The notes under the pieces: model-generated
What the model saw: the letters and a program-made list of their open reading frames with translations, nothing else
Database searches by the model: none
Told to the model about the DNA's origin: nothing
Shown: one piece after another, positions 1 to 13,030 of the stretch
Position numbering within the stretch: the stretch's first letter is position 1
Layout: each line of letters begins with the position of its first letter
NCBI RefSeq assembly: GCF_964213995.1
Contig: NW_027590121.1
Span: forward strand, 1,736,001 to 1,800,000
DNA: 64,000 bases
Source of the DNA: Mustelus asterias
Lineage: Eukaryota
Direction of reading: 5' to 3'
Program-made: the position numbers and the translations under genes

Positions 1-176
1 AGACACACACACACACACCTGAGTCAGAGTGCTCCAGTGCACAGTGGAAAGAGCTTTAACCAGTTACACAGCTTGAAAATACATCGCAGCATTCACAGCG
101 GGGAGAGATTGTACCCGTGTTCTGTGTGAGATTTAACTGATTGTTTAAACTACAGAGTCACAAGGACACCCGCACC

Positions 177-848
177 ATGGAGAAACCGTGGAAATGTGGG
201 GACTATGGGAAGGGATACATGTGCCCATCTCGGCTGGAAATTCATCGACGCAGTCACACTGGGGAGAGGCCCTTCAGCTGCTGTGTGTGTGGAAAGGGAT
301 TCACTCAGTCATCCGAACTGCGGACACACCAACTAATTCACACTGGGGAGAGGCCCTTCACCTACTCTGTGTGTGGGAAGAGATTCAGTCAGTTATCCAA
401 CCAGCAGAGACACCAGCGAGTTCACACTGGGGAGAGGCGGTTCACCTGCTCTCAGTGTGGGAAGAGATTCACTCGTTCAACCACCCTGCAGAAACACCAG
501 CGAGTTCACAATGGAGAGAGGCCGTTCACCTGCTCTCAGCGTGGGAAGGGATTCACAAACTCTTCCAGGCTGCAGAAACACCAGCGAGTTCACACTGGGG
601 AGAGGCCGTTCACCTGCTCTCAGTGTGGGGAGGGATTCAGAGTCTCATCCCACCTGCTGAGACACCAACAAACTCCAGGGGTTGGATTCTGCTGTTATTG
701 TTTCTGCTCTCAATTACATCCAGGACTGCATTTTGTTCATTCTCACAGTTGGTCAATGGGGAGGGTCAGAGGGTTTCTTTCTGCTGGACTGGCAGGTCTC
801 ACGACTTTGCCTCCAGTGGCTGGTGCTCGGAGGTTAAGAGATATTTAG
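177..848 (+). pseudogene. Decayed C2H2 zinc-finger gene (about 6 fingers)
   Basis: ATG at 177 (MEKPWKC) followed by HTGERPF-linked fingers. Zn-ligand losses are visible (CGDY, TYSVC, CSQR), and a deletion in the last finger makes the frame run into sequence that is 3'UTR in the paralogs. Confidence 0.75.
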
Positions 849-1160
849 TCAGCATTTCTGTTTGAAACCCCCCAAATGTTCATCCAATTTCCTTTGTAAT
901 TGTTTATTGTCTCCACTTCCTCCACCCTCGTAGGCAGCGAGTTCCAGGTCATTACCATTCGCTGCATCAGAATATTCTTCCTCACATCCCCCCTTCCTCT
1001 CTGACCCAAAACCATAAATCTGTGTCCCCCTCATCCTTGTCCCTTCAGCTAATGGGAACAGCTTTTCTTTGTCCACCTTATCTAAACCTGTCAGAATCTT
1101 GTCCACCTCCATCAAATCTCCCCTCAACCTCCTTTGCTCCAAGGGAAACAACCCCAGCCT
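849..1160 (-). mobile_element. CR1-type LINE 3' ORF2 fragment
   Basis: Translation RLGLFPLEQRRLRGDLMEVDKILTGLDKVD is the typical CR1 ORF2 C-terminal motif; inverted paralog at about 30700-31010. Confidence 0.85.
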
Positions 1161-1980
1161 GACATCGACAATAAAGAACAAACTCACAGAATATGTTAAT
1201 ACCTGAAATTAAATGGGAATGTTTAATTTCTGTTTTAAAGATATTGTGAATATACTTTCCTGGACAATAAAGAAATAACTCACCTTGGCTGTGGATGAAT
1301 GGAATATATCAATCTGGTATCCACCTACAGTTAGTGAAAGTCTGGAATGTGTAGCTGGAAATCCCTCCCTAACAGCACTGTGGGTGTACTTACACCTCAG
1401 GCATTGTAACAGTTCAGGAAGGCAGTGTTGGCGCTGATCGTGGCCGAGGCAGCTACAGACAGCCACATATTCTGTTATAATTGAAGGACTGCAGATTGAA
1501 TGTGAGGCATTCTGGGACTGGACTATCTTGACCACATTCGTGTGACTGTTCAGTTTCTGCAATCACGGACCATTAAAGCTGCTTAGCAGGGCCCCGACAG
1601 AGGACCTGGTGAGAATATTTACTCAGAATGAATTAGAATTAAACTTATTCCAGGATCGGCTGGTGTTCAGCGGCTGAGATACTTGAATCTGTAAAAAGGG
1701 GGTCTGACCAATCAACGAACGATGATAGGTAGTTGGTTCAAAGCGTTCCCAGGCATTATTTGAATTATTTTATCATACATTTATGACCTGATAGTCGGTG
1801 AAGTGACGGTATACTCCAAGTAGCACTGGATTGAAAAGCGGACCTCTGAGAGTAGATTCTAATGTTTATAATCCTATCCAAGCATGGCCAGTGAAAAATC
1901 AGAGCTCGAGTGGGGACCTGATGGGTCTCTTACCTGCCATTTGGAAACTAACAGTAAGAAACTTATCGATACAATGATAA

Positions 1981-2155
1981 GAGAATAGAGCCAATGTTTT
2001 GAGTCTGGATGACACTTCAGAAGAGCTCTTATGAAGGGTCACCCAGACTGGAAACATTGGCTCTATTCTCTCTCCACAGAAGCTGTCGGATCTGCTGAGA
2101 CTTTCCAGCATTTTCTATTTTTGTTTCAGATTCCAGAATCCGCAGTATTTTACTG
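1981..2155. mobile_element. Short Penelope-derived element with inverted (palindromic) terminal repeat and degenerate hammerhead core
   Basis: About 90-bp imperfect palindrome 1981-2070 centred on GAGCTC; the core (ttatga-agggtc..gact-ggaaac) matches related copies at 33790, 40680, 41185 and 55180. Confidence 0.55.
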
Positions 2156-2619
2156 TTATGATAAAATGATTAGTTCTGATTGGAATCCCCACGACCCTCC
2201 CGCAAAACAGAGGGAGTGGTGGCAAAGGGAGAAAAAGGATAAGGATGATAAAGGCTGGGTTCTGATTCTCATGTAGAACTAACAAAACGAGTGAATCAGT
2301 TTATAAAGAACAGAAGTGACCCATCCCAAACAAAAACTGATCAAATTAAAATTATTCGGTTGAGGAAGAAAACAAAAAGAATAATCGATGAAGTTTAAAA
2401 TTAAGTTTGTTTTGTTGTTCGAGAAGATTTTAAAAATTATGTAAAGTGACGTAATTGTGTGCCATGTTTTTTCTGCTCACTCCCCACCCCTTTAGGTTCT
2501 GTAGAAAAGTTAACCCTTTCAGCAGACAGTTCATTTGTTTTTAAATCGCCCAGAAACTTATGTCTATTTTGCTTTATAATTGAGGATTCATGGGAACCAG
2601 TTCAATGTGGAAATTTTAA

Positions 2620-3100
2620 GCATAGCCACCAAGACCATATTCACTTGCGGTGTGACCCCGAGTCAGGAACAGTTTCAGAATCAGCAACCATTACTGAGAA
2701 CATGGCAGAGGGTCATGCTGCTGTGGATGTTCACCAGGAAATGGTTCCAGCTTTGCCAGTTGACTCTGCTGTGGGAGTGGAAGAGGAATGTTCATGTACA
2801 GATTCTCAAACTACCTCTTCACCTCCCATTCCAGAAACACCATTACAAGATTTACCAGTGGTATTGTACAGGTTGCAATGCAACCACAAAGCTCCTGACA
2901 GACTTCCGTATTGTTAAAGACATTACTTTGTTGTATTTCTGTCCTGATGGGGGATTGAAATTTAAGGGGAGGAGAAGTGTTACAGAGTGTTCTTCTCAAC
3001 CTTTCTCCCTTCTGAGCACATGCGGGCTTTGGGCGGGGTTTCAGTCTGCAAGTCCAGGCTGGTTCCAATGCTCCTGTTTCCTTTTGTTTGCCAATGATTT
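2620..3100 (+). mobile_element. Gypsy LTR-retrotransposon 3' remnant (end of pol, polypurine tract, start of LTR)
   Basis: Near-identical inverted copy of 27230-27690, which is contiguous with an integrase. Purine tract AAGGGGAGGAGAAG is followed directly by TGTTAC at about 2978. Confidence 0.65.
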
Positions 3101-3414
3101 TTAAACGTTGTTATTTATTTATATAAAGAACATTCTGCTTTTAACAATGCATTTGACTCCCTTATCTGTGGACTGAAGTTCCCACAATTGTAAAGCAGGA
3201 GATTAGTTAAATGGACAGCCTGAATTGAGAGACAATTAAAGAATAAATGATTCATTAATACAGATGTTAGAAAGGCTGGAAATGTAAATTTGAACACAAA
3301 AGTTTATAACTTTCAGAATTATAAACATTAAGAATGGTAAAAATGTTGTGGGGATTATAAGACGTTCCCTTCTGAGGACAACAGAATAGAAAAAAACAGA
3401 CAAGACTTGTTAGC

Positions 3415-3720
3415 GTGGCACGGTGCCACAGTGGTTAGCACTGCTGCCTCACAGTGCCAGGGACCTGGGTTCGATTCCTGGCTTGGGTGACTATGCGGAG
3501 TCTGCACGTTCTCTCCGTGTCTGCGTGGGTTTCCTCCGGGTGCTCCAGTTTGTTCCCACAGTCCAAAAGACGTGTGGGTTAGGTGGATTGGCCATGTTGA
3601 ATTCTCAATCAGTGCATCCGATCAGACGCCAGAGTGTGGCAACTAAGGGATTTTCACAGTAACTTCATTGCAGTGTTAATGTCAGCCTACTTGTGACAGT
3701 AATAAATAAACTTTAATACT
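3415..3720 (+). mobile_element. tRNA-derived SINE (HE1-like head, AATAAA-type tail)
   Basis: Head cagtggttagcactgctgcctcacag...gggttcgattcc has pol III A/B boxes; many copies in the window. Confidence 0.85.
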
Positions 3721-4034
3721 TTGTTAACCTTGACTGGAGGGAATGAATCGGCTCCTGTTCAAGATGTCTCAACATTGAATGACTGATGTTAACCAATTAT
3801 TGGTCGACACTCAGGCTACCCCAAGCTAAGAGATATCGTTTGAGAGAAAGAATTGTCTTAAAATTCAGACAATGTGCAACTAGCTAAAAACCAAACCAGT
3901 TTCATTATTGACAAGTTATCGACCAATTGGCTAATTCCCAACAATTGGCTGAGCTGGGCTTTCTACATTCTGAAAGTATAAAAAAGGGGATTCAAGAAAC
4001 CAATTTGGCAAAAGTTTTCAAAAATTCAAGGTTT

Positions 4035-4300
4035 TTTTTAAGTTTATTTATTAGTGTCACACATTCACACTGCAATGAAGTTACTCTGAAAATCCCCCAG
4101 TCGCCACTCTGGCGCCTGTTCGGGTAAACTCAGGGAGAAGTTAGCATGCTCAATGTACCTAACCAGCAAGTCCTTCGGTCTGTGGGAGAAAACCCACACA
4201 GACAGGGGGGGAATTTGCAGACTCTGTACAGACAGTGACCCAAGGCGGAACTCAAACCCGGGTCTCTGGCGCTGTGAGGCAGCAGTGCGAACCACTGTGT
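4035..4300 (-). mobile_element. tRNA-derived SINE fragment
   Basis: Reverse complement of the SINE head and tail seen at 3415. Confidence 0.75.
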
Positions 4301-4756
4301 CCTACAGAGAGGTGTTGGGAGCTGTTGATTTTACAAGTTATCCATGTTCTCAGAGCCACCACTTCATGTCCTGGTCTGAGAGGGATGGAGAGAAGTTAAA
4401 GTTAAGCTTTCTCCTTTACTGTTGATCGATACTTTGCTTTTTTATCTTTCTGACTTGTTACATTTTTAATGGTGAATAAACTTTCTGAATTCACCATTTA
4501 AAGTGTTCTTTCTTGCCATATGGTTAAGTCACTGGAACCTGGGTGAGTTATGATTAGGGAGGTTGTTGTAAACAAGTGAACCCCATAAATCTTAGTTCAA
4601 ACAAATCAAAATTCTTACATATGGAATGCAATCCTTTATTCTGAGAGAAATTGAACATTGAAGTAAAGATGTTCTGCTTCAGTTATACAGGGCGTTGCTG
4701 AAACTGCATCTTGAATAGTGGCTGCAGTTTTTGTCTCCTATTAAACAAAGGATTGG

Positions 4757-5065
4757 AGAATCCCTACAGTACAGACAGAGGCCGTTCTGTCCATCGAGTC
4801 TGTACCAAACACCATCCCATCCAGGCCCTATTCCCATAACCACATGCATTTACTCCAGCCAGTCCGCCTGACACTAAAGGTCAATTTCGCATAGCCAATC
4901 AACCTAACCCACACATCTTTGGACTGTGGGAGGAAACCGGAACACCCGGGTGAAACCCACGCAGAGAATGTGCAAACTCCACACAGACAGTGACCCGGGC
5001 TGGAATTGAACCTGGGTCCCTGGTGTTATGATGCAGCAGTGCTAACCACTGTGCTGCCGTGCTGT
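4757..5065 (-). mobile_element. HE1-like SINE
   Basis: Full tRNA-like head plus CR1-like tail; orthologous copy at 25372-25685 in the inverted duplication. Confidence 0.85.
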
Positions 5066-5449
5066 CCCATTTCATAAATACCATGGAAGCAGTTCAGAGG
5101 AGGTTTACTAGATTGATTCCCAATCCAGTAGTGTGAAATATTAACACTGTTTCTCTCTCCATAAATGTTGCCAGACCTAATGCATTTTTCCAGTCCTTTC
5201 TGTATTTATTTCAGATCTACCTGTGGTGGTAGGAAAAATATTATTTATTATCCAGGATAAATAAATGTCCTTCATCAGCTTTTGTGGATCATTTCAGTGG
5301 AAATGTGCTCTCCCAGGCTCAAAAAAGCAAAGTCGTGAGACCGGCCAGTCCAGCAGAAAGAAACCCTCCGACCCTCCCACTTCACCAACTGTCAGAATGA
5401 ACATGGTTCAGTCCTGGATGTGATTAATAGCAGCATCCAACCCCTGTCA

Positions 5450-6292
5450 TCATTTGTGAACTCGCTGGTGTCTCCGCAGGCTGGATGACTGAGTGAATCC
5501 CTTCCCACACAAACAGCAGGTGAACGGTCTCTCCCCAGTGTGAACTCGCTGGTGCTCCCGCAGGCTGGACGATGTTCTAAATTTCTTTGTGCAGTGAGAG
5601 CAACTGAACGGTCTCTCCTCAGTGTGAGTGCGCTGGTGGATAACCAGATCCCGAGAACTTTTGAAACCACTGCCACAGTCAGAGCATTTAAAGGGTCTCT
5701 CCTGGGTGTGAGTGAGATTGTGACTCAGCAGGCTGGATGAATGAGTGAATCCCTTCCCACACACAGAGCAGGTGAACGGTCTCTCCCTGGTGTGAATTCG
5801 CTGGTGCTCCCGCAGGTGGGATGATGTTCTAAATGTCTTTGTGCAGTGAGAGCAGCTGAACGGTCTCTCCCCAGTGTGAATCCGCTGGTGGATCGTCAGT
5901 TCCCGAGAGCTTTTGAAACCATTTCCACAGTCAGAGCATTTAAAGGGTTTCTCATTGCTGTGAGTGACTTTGTGTTTTGACAGATTGGATAACTGCATAA
6001 ATCCTTTCCCACACACCAAGCAGATGAATGGTCTCTCTCCAGTGTGAACGCGCTGGTGTCTCTGCAGATCGGGTAAATGAGCGAATCCGTTCCCACACTC
6101 AAAGCAGATGAATGCTCTTTCTCCAGTGTGAACCAGCCGATGTCGCTGCAGATGATATAACCGAGTGAATCCCTTCCCACACACAGAACAGGTGTACGGC
6201 TTCTCTCCAGTGTGAATACGTCGATGAATTTGCAGCTCAGAGGGGGTTTTGCAACCCTTCCCACAGTCCCCACATTTCCACGGTTTATCCAT
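5450..6292 (-). CDS. C2H2 zinc-finger protein, 280 aa, 10 intact fingers, no effector domain seen
   Basis: Uninterrupted ORF from ATG with ten CxxC-x12-HxxxH units. Predicted splice acceptor (ttttacag) at about 6672 upstream. Confidence 0.9.
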   Translation of the reverse strand: MDKPWKCGDCGKGCKTPSELQIHRRIHTGEKPYTCSVCGKGFTRLYHLQRHRLVHTGERAFICFECGNGFAHLPDLQRHQRVHTGERPFICLVCGKGFMQLSNLSKHKVTHSNEKPFKCSDCGNGFKSSRELTIHQRIHTGERPFSCSHCTKTFRTSSHLREHQRIHTRERPFTCSVCGKGFTHSSSLLSHNLTHTQERPFKCSDCGSGFKSSRDLVIHQRTHTEERPFSCSHCTKKFRTSSSLREHQRVHTGERPFTCCLCGKGFTQSSSLRRHQRVHK

Positions 6293-6454
6293 GTTGCAGG
6301 TGTCCTTGTGTTGCTCCAGGTTTGACCATCAGTTGAAGTCTCACACAGAACAAGATTATAGTGCCCTGCTGTGATGGTGCAATATTTTTTCAGGCTGTGT
6401 AACTGGGAGGCTCTTTCCACAGTCACTGCATGGGAAAATCTCAGTTGATTTTGT

Positions 6455-6488
<34 letters not shown>

Positions 6489-7106
6489 CAGTCCTGTTCC
6501 AGTCACAATGATGCTTAAAGACTGCTGAAGCCGATAGAACAGAGAAACATTTCTCCTTCTGGATTCAAAGACCGAAGATATTCAGGTCCCGATGAATTGA
6601 GTGACTCTGTTGATGTTGATGTGATGTTTGGTTTGAGATTTCTGTCTGTAAAATCCTCAACTTCTGATGTCCTGTAAAAGGAGTTTACAAAGGTTATCAC
6701 TGTCAGTACAGGATAGAAATTCAGAACAGACAGTTCTAGTTTCTATGGAACATTATTTCCTCTCTCATTCCCTAAGAGCTGTAAATCTCCATCCCACACA
6801 CTCTCCCTCCATTCTCACTCTGCTGTATCTAATATTCACCCTCCCAATTCTCCTGTCGGTGCTGATTGAGGCTGATTGACAGATCCATGCTCACTGCTTC
6901 CTGTCCTGGACAGAGAGAGCTGGAAATCTCCATGCAGGCTGCCAGACAGATATATGTCTATCTGACTGGACTAACTATGTGTGGAACATACCAACTGGAT
7001 TCACTTCCTTTCCCTTCAGTTGCTGCAAGTCCCCAATATCCCCCAGAATGAGAAAAGAAATGGAAAGGGGGAGAAAAGAAAAAGTGTTTTACTCACAGAT
7101 GTTGGC

Positions 7107-7488
7107 CTTTTTTAAGGTCAAACCAAATAAACAAACTCAAGTTAAATCAGGACAAAGTAAAAGGGGCAGCTCCCCAAAAGGAGGGGGAGCAGCCCAAACA
7201 AAAATCAAAGTACAAAGGAAACTTAAAAACATCAAATCATAATGTGATTATCAGGGTCAATAATGCACCCCAACCCCTGCAGTGCCCAGCGGGGGCGGAA
7301 GGCGTCAAGCGCACCCATGGACATCGCATGTTCCCTCTCCAGGGACACCTGGCCGCGAACGTAGCCACAGTAGAGGGGCAGACAGTCAGGGTGGATGGCC
7401 CCCTCGATCGCCTGCTGCCTGGACCGATAAATGGCGCGCTTTGCCAGGCCCAGGAGCAGGTTCACAAGGAGGTCGCCATCCCGACCCT
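7107..7488 (-). mobile_element. Tx1-clade non-LTR retrotransposon 3' fragment (ORF2 C-terminus plus 3'UTR)
   Basis: Translation LLLGLAKRAIYRSR...VSLEREH...FRPRWA resembles the Tx1/L1-like ORF2 end. The T-rich 3'UTR ends GACCTTAAAAAAG directly before GCCAACATCTGTGAGT. Confidence 0.75.
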
Positions 7489-7727
7489 CTCTGTGTGGGT
7501 TTCCTCCGGGTGCTCCAGTTTCCTCCCACAGTCCAAAGATGTGCGGGTTAGGTTGATTGGCTATGCTAAAAAAATTGCCCCTTAGTGTCCTGGAATGCGT
7601 AGATTAGAGGGATTAGCGGGTAAAATATGTAGGGATATGGGGGTAGGGCCTGGGTGGGATTGTGGTCGGTGCAGACTCGATGGGCCGAATGGCCTCTTTC
7701 TGTGCTGTAGGGTTTCTATGATTCTAT
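7489..7727 (+). mobile_element. HE1-like SINE, 5'-truncated
   Basis: Matches the body and tail of other copies. Confidence 0.8.
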
Positions 7728-7729
7728 TG

Positions 7730-8150
7730 TCCCTCTGAAGACAGAGGTTCTGAACCAGCCCCTGAAACCACGCCCATTGTGACCCGCCACCGACAGCAGC
7801 GCATGCGCTCTCCTTCCCCGCTGAAACAAGATGGCGGCCGATAACCGGGGCCTGTTCCCGAGATAAAAGCCTTGGAGCTGTAAACCCAGGACCTGCAGGG
7901 TCTTATTCGGGCCGTGCGGCCTACAGCGGATGTTTGTGAAGCCATAGCTCCCTCCCTCCCCCGACTCCCGGCTCCATTTCTCCCGCAGCGCCACCGACTC
8001 ACCCGTTGAAAAAAGCAGCTCCCGCACTCACAGGGCTCCGAGCAAAGTGGCACTGCGCACGCTCCAGATATAGCATTGCGCCTGCGCAATGGACTCCTGT
8101 GGAATGAATAGGACACTTTCATACCCGCAGGGGCACCTGGGAATTAACGG
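7730..8150. promoter_or_regulatory. CpG-rich promoter/first-exon cassette
   Basis: CpG-dense, with an NRF1-type GCGCATGCGC (about 7799), a YY1-type AAGATGGCGGC (about 7828) and a minus-strand donor GGTGAGT (about 7997-8003). Direct paralog at about 50285-50720. Confidence 0.6.
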
Positions 8151-9064
8151 CGTCATTGTCAAAGACAATAATAGAAAATTATCTTGTGCAATTAAGATCA
8201 AATAATTTTTTTAAATGCATTCCTCGGAATTTGTGCGCTGCCATTCTCCATTTATAAAATTGATTTAAACCAGTGTTCTCCTGTGGGAATACCCCGAGTT
8301 TTTAAAACTTTTCCCACTGGTTTCCTCCCCTCTCTTTGCTCTCCTGAAGGTGCTCACACTGGTTGGGTAAATCCCACAGAGACTGGTTTCTTTCACTTTC
8401 TTTCTCCTGATGCTGGATATTCTGTTTTATGGAATGATACATCACAGATGGAAACCATTTGGCTCATCCTGCCCAGTCGGGCTGTCTTTAAGATCTATCC
8501 AATTAATCCCACAGCCCTGCTGGCAGAGTGAGAACAATCTATATATACTGCAGCAATGCAGGAGGTGAATGGAAAATGTTTTCCAGTTGCATACCTCTCA
8601 GACACACTCACCCCAGAAAGATAAATTGGCCTGTGTACTAAGCAGATATTAAGGTTCCACTTAGAATTAAAACAGAAGGTGCTGGAAAAATGCAGCAGTC
8701 GCCAGGGCCGAGTTTATGGTCAAAATGATGGTGCTGAGCTGCCGTTAGAAAATAACCAGCAATCCAACAAGCCACTCAAAATATTGAATCAAACAAAATT
8801 GATCAAAGATTGAGCCAAAGTATTCTGTTTTCCAACATGGTGCTATGATTTTTTTGTGATGGTTTTAATATTCTCACAATTACCTGGTGTAGTCCGGGTT
8901 TATTTTATACTCATTCCAACCCATCGCTGTCCATGAAGCACATTACCCCCACTCTGATTCTCCATCCCATCAGAGACAACTCAGTCACTGACTGGAAATT
9001 AGGGCTTTTAATGAGAGCTCTGACAACCGAGAATGCACCGTCGGCAGAATAAACCCGAGCTCAC

Positions 9065-12000
9065 AAACCCCAGACAGTGAACATTATCCCCCCCAGACCC
9101 GAATATAAAACAGTGAACATTATCCCCCCCAGACCCGAATATAAAACAGTGAACATTATCCCCCCCAGACCCGAATATAAAACAGTGAACATTATCTCCC
9201 AGACCCAAATATAAAACAGTGAACATTATCCCCCAGACCCAAATATAAAACAGTGAACATTATCCCCCAGACCCGAATATAAAACAGTGAACATTATCCC
9301 CCCCAGACCCGAATATAAAACAGTGAACATTATCCCCCCCAGACCCAAATATAAAATAGTGAACATTCTCCCCCAGACCCAAATATAAAACAGTGAACAT
9401 TATCCCCCAGACCCGAATATAAAACAGCGAACATTATCCCCCCAGACCCGAATATAAAACAGTGAACATTCTCCCCCCAGACCCGAATATAAAACAGTGA
9501 ACATTATCCCCCCCCAGACCCAAATATAAAACAGTGAACATTCTCCCCCAGACCCGAATATAAAACAGTGAACATTATCCCCCAGACCCGAATATAAAAC
9601 AGCGAACATTATCCCCCCAGACCCGAATATAAAACAGTGAACATTATCCCCCCCAGACCCGAATATAAAACAGTGAACATTCTCCCCCCAGACCCGAATA
9701 TAAAACAGCGAACATTATCCCCCCCAGACCCGAATATAAAACAGTGAACATTATCCCCCCCAGACCCGAATATAAAACAGTGAACATTATCCCCCAGACC
9801 CGAATATAAAACAGTGAACATTATCCCCTCCAGACCCGAATATAAAACAGTGAACATTATCCCCCCCAGACCCGAATATAAAACAGTGAACATTATCCCT
9901 CCCAGACCCGAATATAAAACAGTGAACATTATCCCCCAGACCCGAATATAAAACAGTGAACATTATCCCCCAGACCCGAATATAAAACAGTGAACATTAT
10001 CCCCCCAGACCCGAATATAAAACAGTGAACATTATCCCCCCCAGACCCGAATATAAAACTGTGAACATTATCTCCCAGACCCGAATATAAAACAGTGAAC
10101 ATTATCCCCCCCAGACCCGAATATAAAACAGTGAACATTATCCCCCAGACCCGAATATAAAACAGTGAACATTATCCCCCCCAGACCCGAATATAAAACA
10201 GTGAACATTATCCCCCAGACCCGAATATAAAACAGTGAACATTATCCCCCCCAGACCCGAATATAAAACAGTGAACATTATCCCTCCCAGACCCGAATAT
10301 AAAACAGTGAACATTATCCCCCAGACCCGAATATAAAACAGTGAACATTATCCCCCAGACCCGAATATAAAACAGTGAACATTATCCCCCCAGACCCGAA
10401 TATAAAACAGTGAACATTATCCCCCCCAGACCCGAATATAAAACTGTGAACATTATCTCCCAGACCCGAATATAAAACAGTGAACATTATCCCCCCCAGA
10501 CCCGAATATAAAACAGTGAACATTATCCCCCAGACCCGAATATAAAACAGTGAACATTATCCCCCCCAGACCCGAATATAAAACAGTGAACATTATCCCC
10601 CAGACCCGAATATAAAACAGTGAACATTATCCCCCCCAGACCCGAATATAAAACAGTGAACATTATCCCCCAGACCCGAATATAAAACAGTGAACATTAT
10701 CCCCCCCAGACCCGAATATAAAACAGTGAACATTATCTCCCAGACCCGAATATAAAACAGTGAACATTATCCCCCCAGACCCGAATATAAAACAGTGAAC
10801 ATTATCCCCCCCAGACCCAAATATAAAACAGTGAACATTATCTGCCAGACCCGAATATAAAACAGTGAACATTATCTCCCAGACCCGAATATAAAACAGT
10901 GAACATTATCCCCCTCAGACCCGAATATAAAACAGTGAACATTATCTCCCAGACCCGAATATAAAACAGTGAGCATTCTTCCCCAGACCCAAATATAAAA
11001 TAGTGAACATTATCCCCCAGACCCGAATATAAAACAGTGAACATTATCCCCCCCAGACCCGAATATAAAACAGTGAACATTATCCCCCAGACCCGAATAT
11101 AAAACAGTGAACATTATCCCCCCAGACCCGAATATAAAACAGTGAACATTACCCCCCCCAGACCCGAATATAAAACAGTGAACATTATCCCCCCCAGACC
11201 CGAATATAAAACAGTGAACATTATTCCCCCCAGACCCGAATATAAAACAGTGAACATTATCACCCCCAGACCCGAATATAAAACAGTGAACATTATCCCC
11301 CAGACCCGAATATAAAACAGTGAACATTATTCCCCCCAGACCCGAATATAAAACAGTGAACATTATCCCCCAGACCCGAATATAAAACAGTGAACATTAT
11401 CCCCCCCAGACCCGAATATAAAACAGTGAACATTATCCCCCCCAGACCCGAATATAAAACAGTGAACATTATCCCCCAGACCCGAATATAAAACAGTGAA
11501 CATTATCCCCCAGACCCAAATATAAAATAGTGAACATTATCCCCCAGACCCGAATATAAAACAGTGAACATTATCCCCCCAGACCCGAATATAAAACTGA
11601 ACATTATCCCCCAGACCCGAATATAAAACAGTGAACATTATCCTCCAGACCCGAATATAAAACAGTGAACATTATCCCCCCCAGACCCGAATATAAAACA
11701 GTGAACATTATCCCCCAGACCCGAATATAAAACAGTGAACATTATCCCCCCCAGACCCGAATATAAAACAGTGAACATTATCCCCCCAGACCCGAATATA
11801 AAACAGTGAACATTATCCCCCCCAGACCCAAATATAAAACAGTGAACATTATCCCCCCCCGCAGACCCGAATATAAAACAGTGAACATTCTTCCCCAGAC
11901 CCAAATATAAAACAGTGAACATTATCCCCCCAGACCCGAATATAAAACAGTGAACATTATCCCCCCCAACCCCGAATATAAAACAGTGAACATTATCCCC

Positions 12001-13030
12001 CAGACCCGAATATGAAACAGTGAACATTATCCCCCCCAGACCCGAATATAAAACAGTGAACATTATCCCCCCCCCGCAGACCCGAATATAAAACAGTGAA
12101 CATTCTTCCCCAGACCCAAATATAAAATAGTGAACATTATCCCCCAGACCCGAATATAAAACAGTGAACATTATCCCCCCCAGACCCGAATATAAAACAG
12201 TGAACATTATCTCCCAGACCCGAATATAAAACAGTGAACATTATCCCCCAGACCCGAATATAAAACAGTGAACATTATCCCCCCCAGACCCGAATATAAA
12301 ACAGTGAACATTATCCCCCCAGACCCGAATATAAAACAGTGAACATTATCCCCCCCCGCAGACCCGAATATAAAACAGTGAACATTCTTCCCCAGACCCA
12401 AATATAAAACAGTGAACATTATCCCCCCAGACCCGAATATAAAACAGTGAACATTATCCCCCCCAGACCCGAATATAAAACAGTGAACATTATCTCCCAG
12501 ACCCGAATATAAAACAGTGAACATTATCACCCAGACCCGAATATAAAACAGTGAACATTATCCCCCCAGACCCGAATATAAAACAGTGAACATTATCCCC
12601 CCCAGACCCGAATATAAAACAGTGAACATTATTCCCCAGACCTAAATATAAAACAGTGAACATTATCCCCCCCAGACCCGAATAGAAAACAGTGAACATT
12701 ATCGCCCAGACCCGAATATAAAACAGTGAACATTATCCCCCCCGGACCCGAATATAAAACAGTGAACATTATCCCCGCCAGACTCAAATATAAAACAATG
12801 AACATTATCCCCCCCAGACCCAAATATAAAACAGTGAACATTATCCCCCCCAGACCCGAATATAAAACAGTGAACATTATCCCCCAGACCCGAATATAAA
12901 ACAGTGAACATTATCCCCCCCAGACCCGAATATAAAACAGTGAACATTATCCCCCCCAGACCCGAATATAAAACAGTGAACATTATCCCCCCCAGACCAA
13001 AATATAAAACAGTGAACATTATCGCCCCCA
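9065..13030 (+). repeat. Satellite/minisatellite array, 34-36 bp unit (AGACCCGAATATAAAACAGTGAACATTAT plus C5-7), roughly 110 copies
   Basis: Directly visible tandem repeat with no unique spacers. Confidence 0.98.

Noticed and set aside
1560-1980. Retroviral RT remnant (WPVK..PDGS..WKLTV-like words near 1885-1955)
   Set aside because: Only short scattered words with indels; not supportable without a profile search.
9065-13030. CRISPR array (35-bp repeats)
   Set aside because: Units are contiguous with no unique spacers, there are no cas genes and the context is vertebrate; the repetitive ORFs (MFTVLYSGLG...) are artefacts of the satellite.
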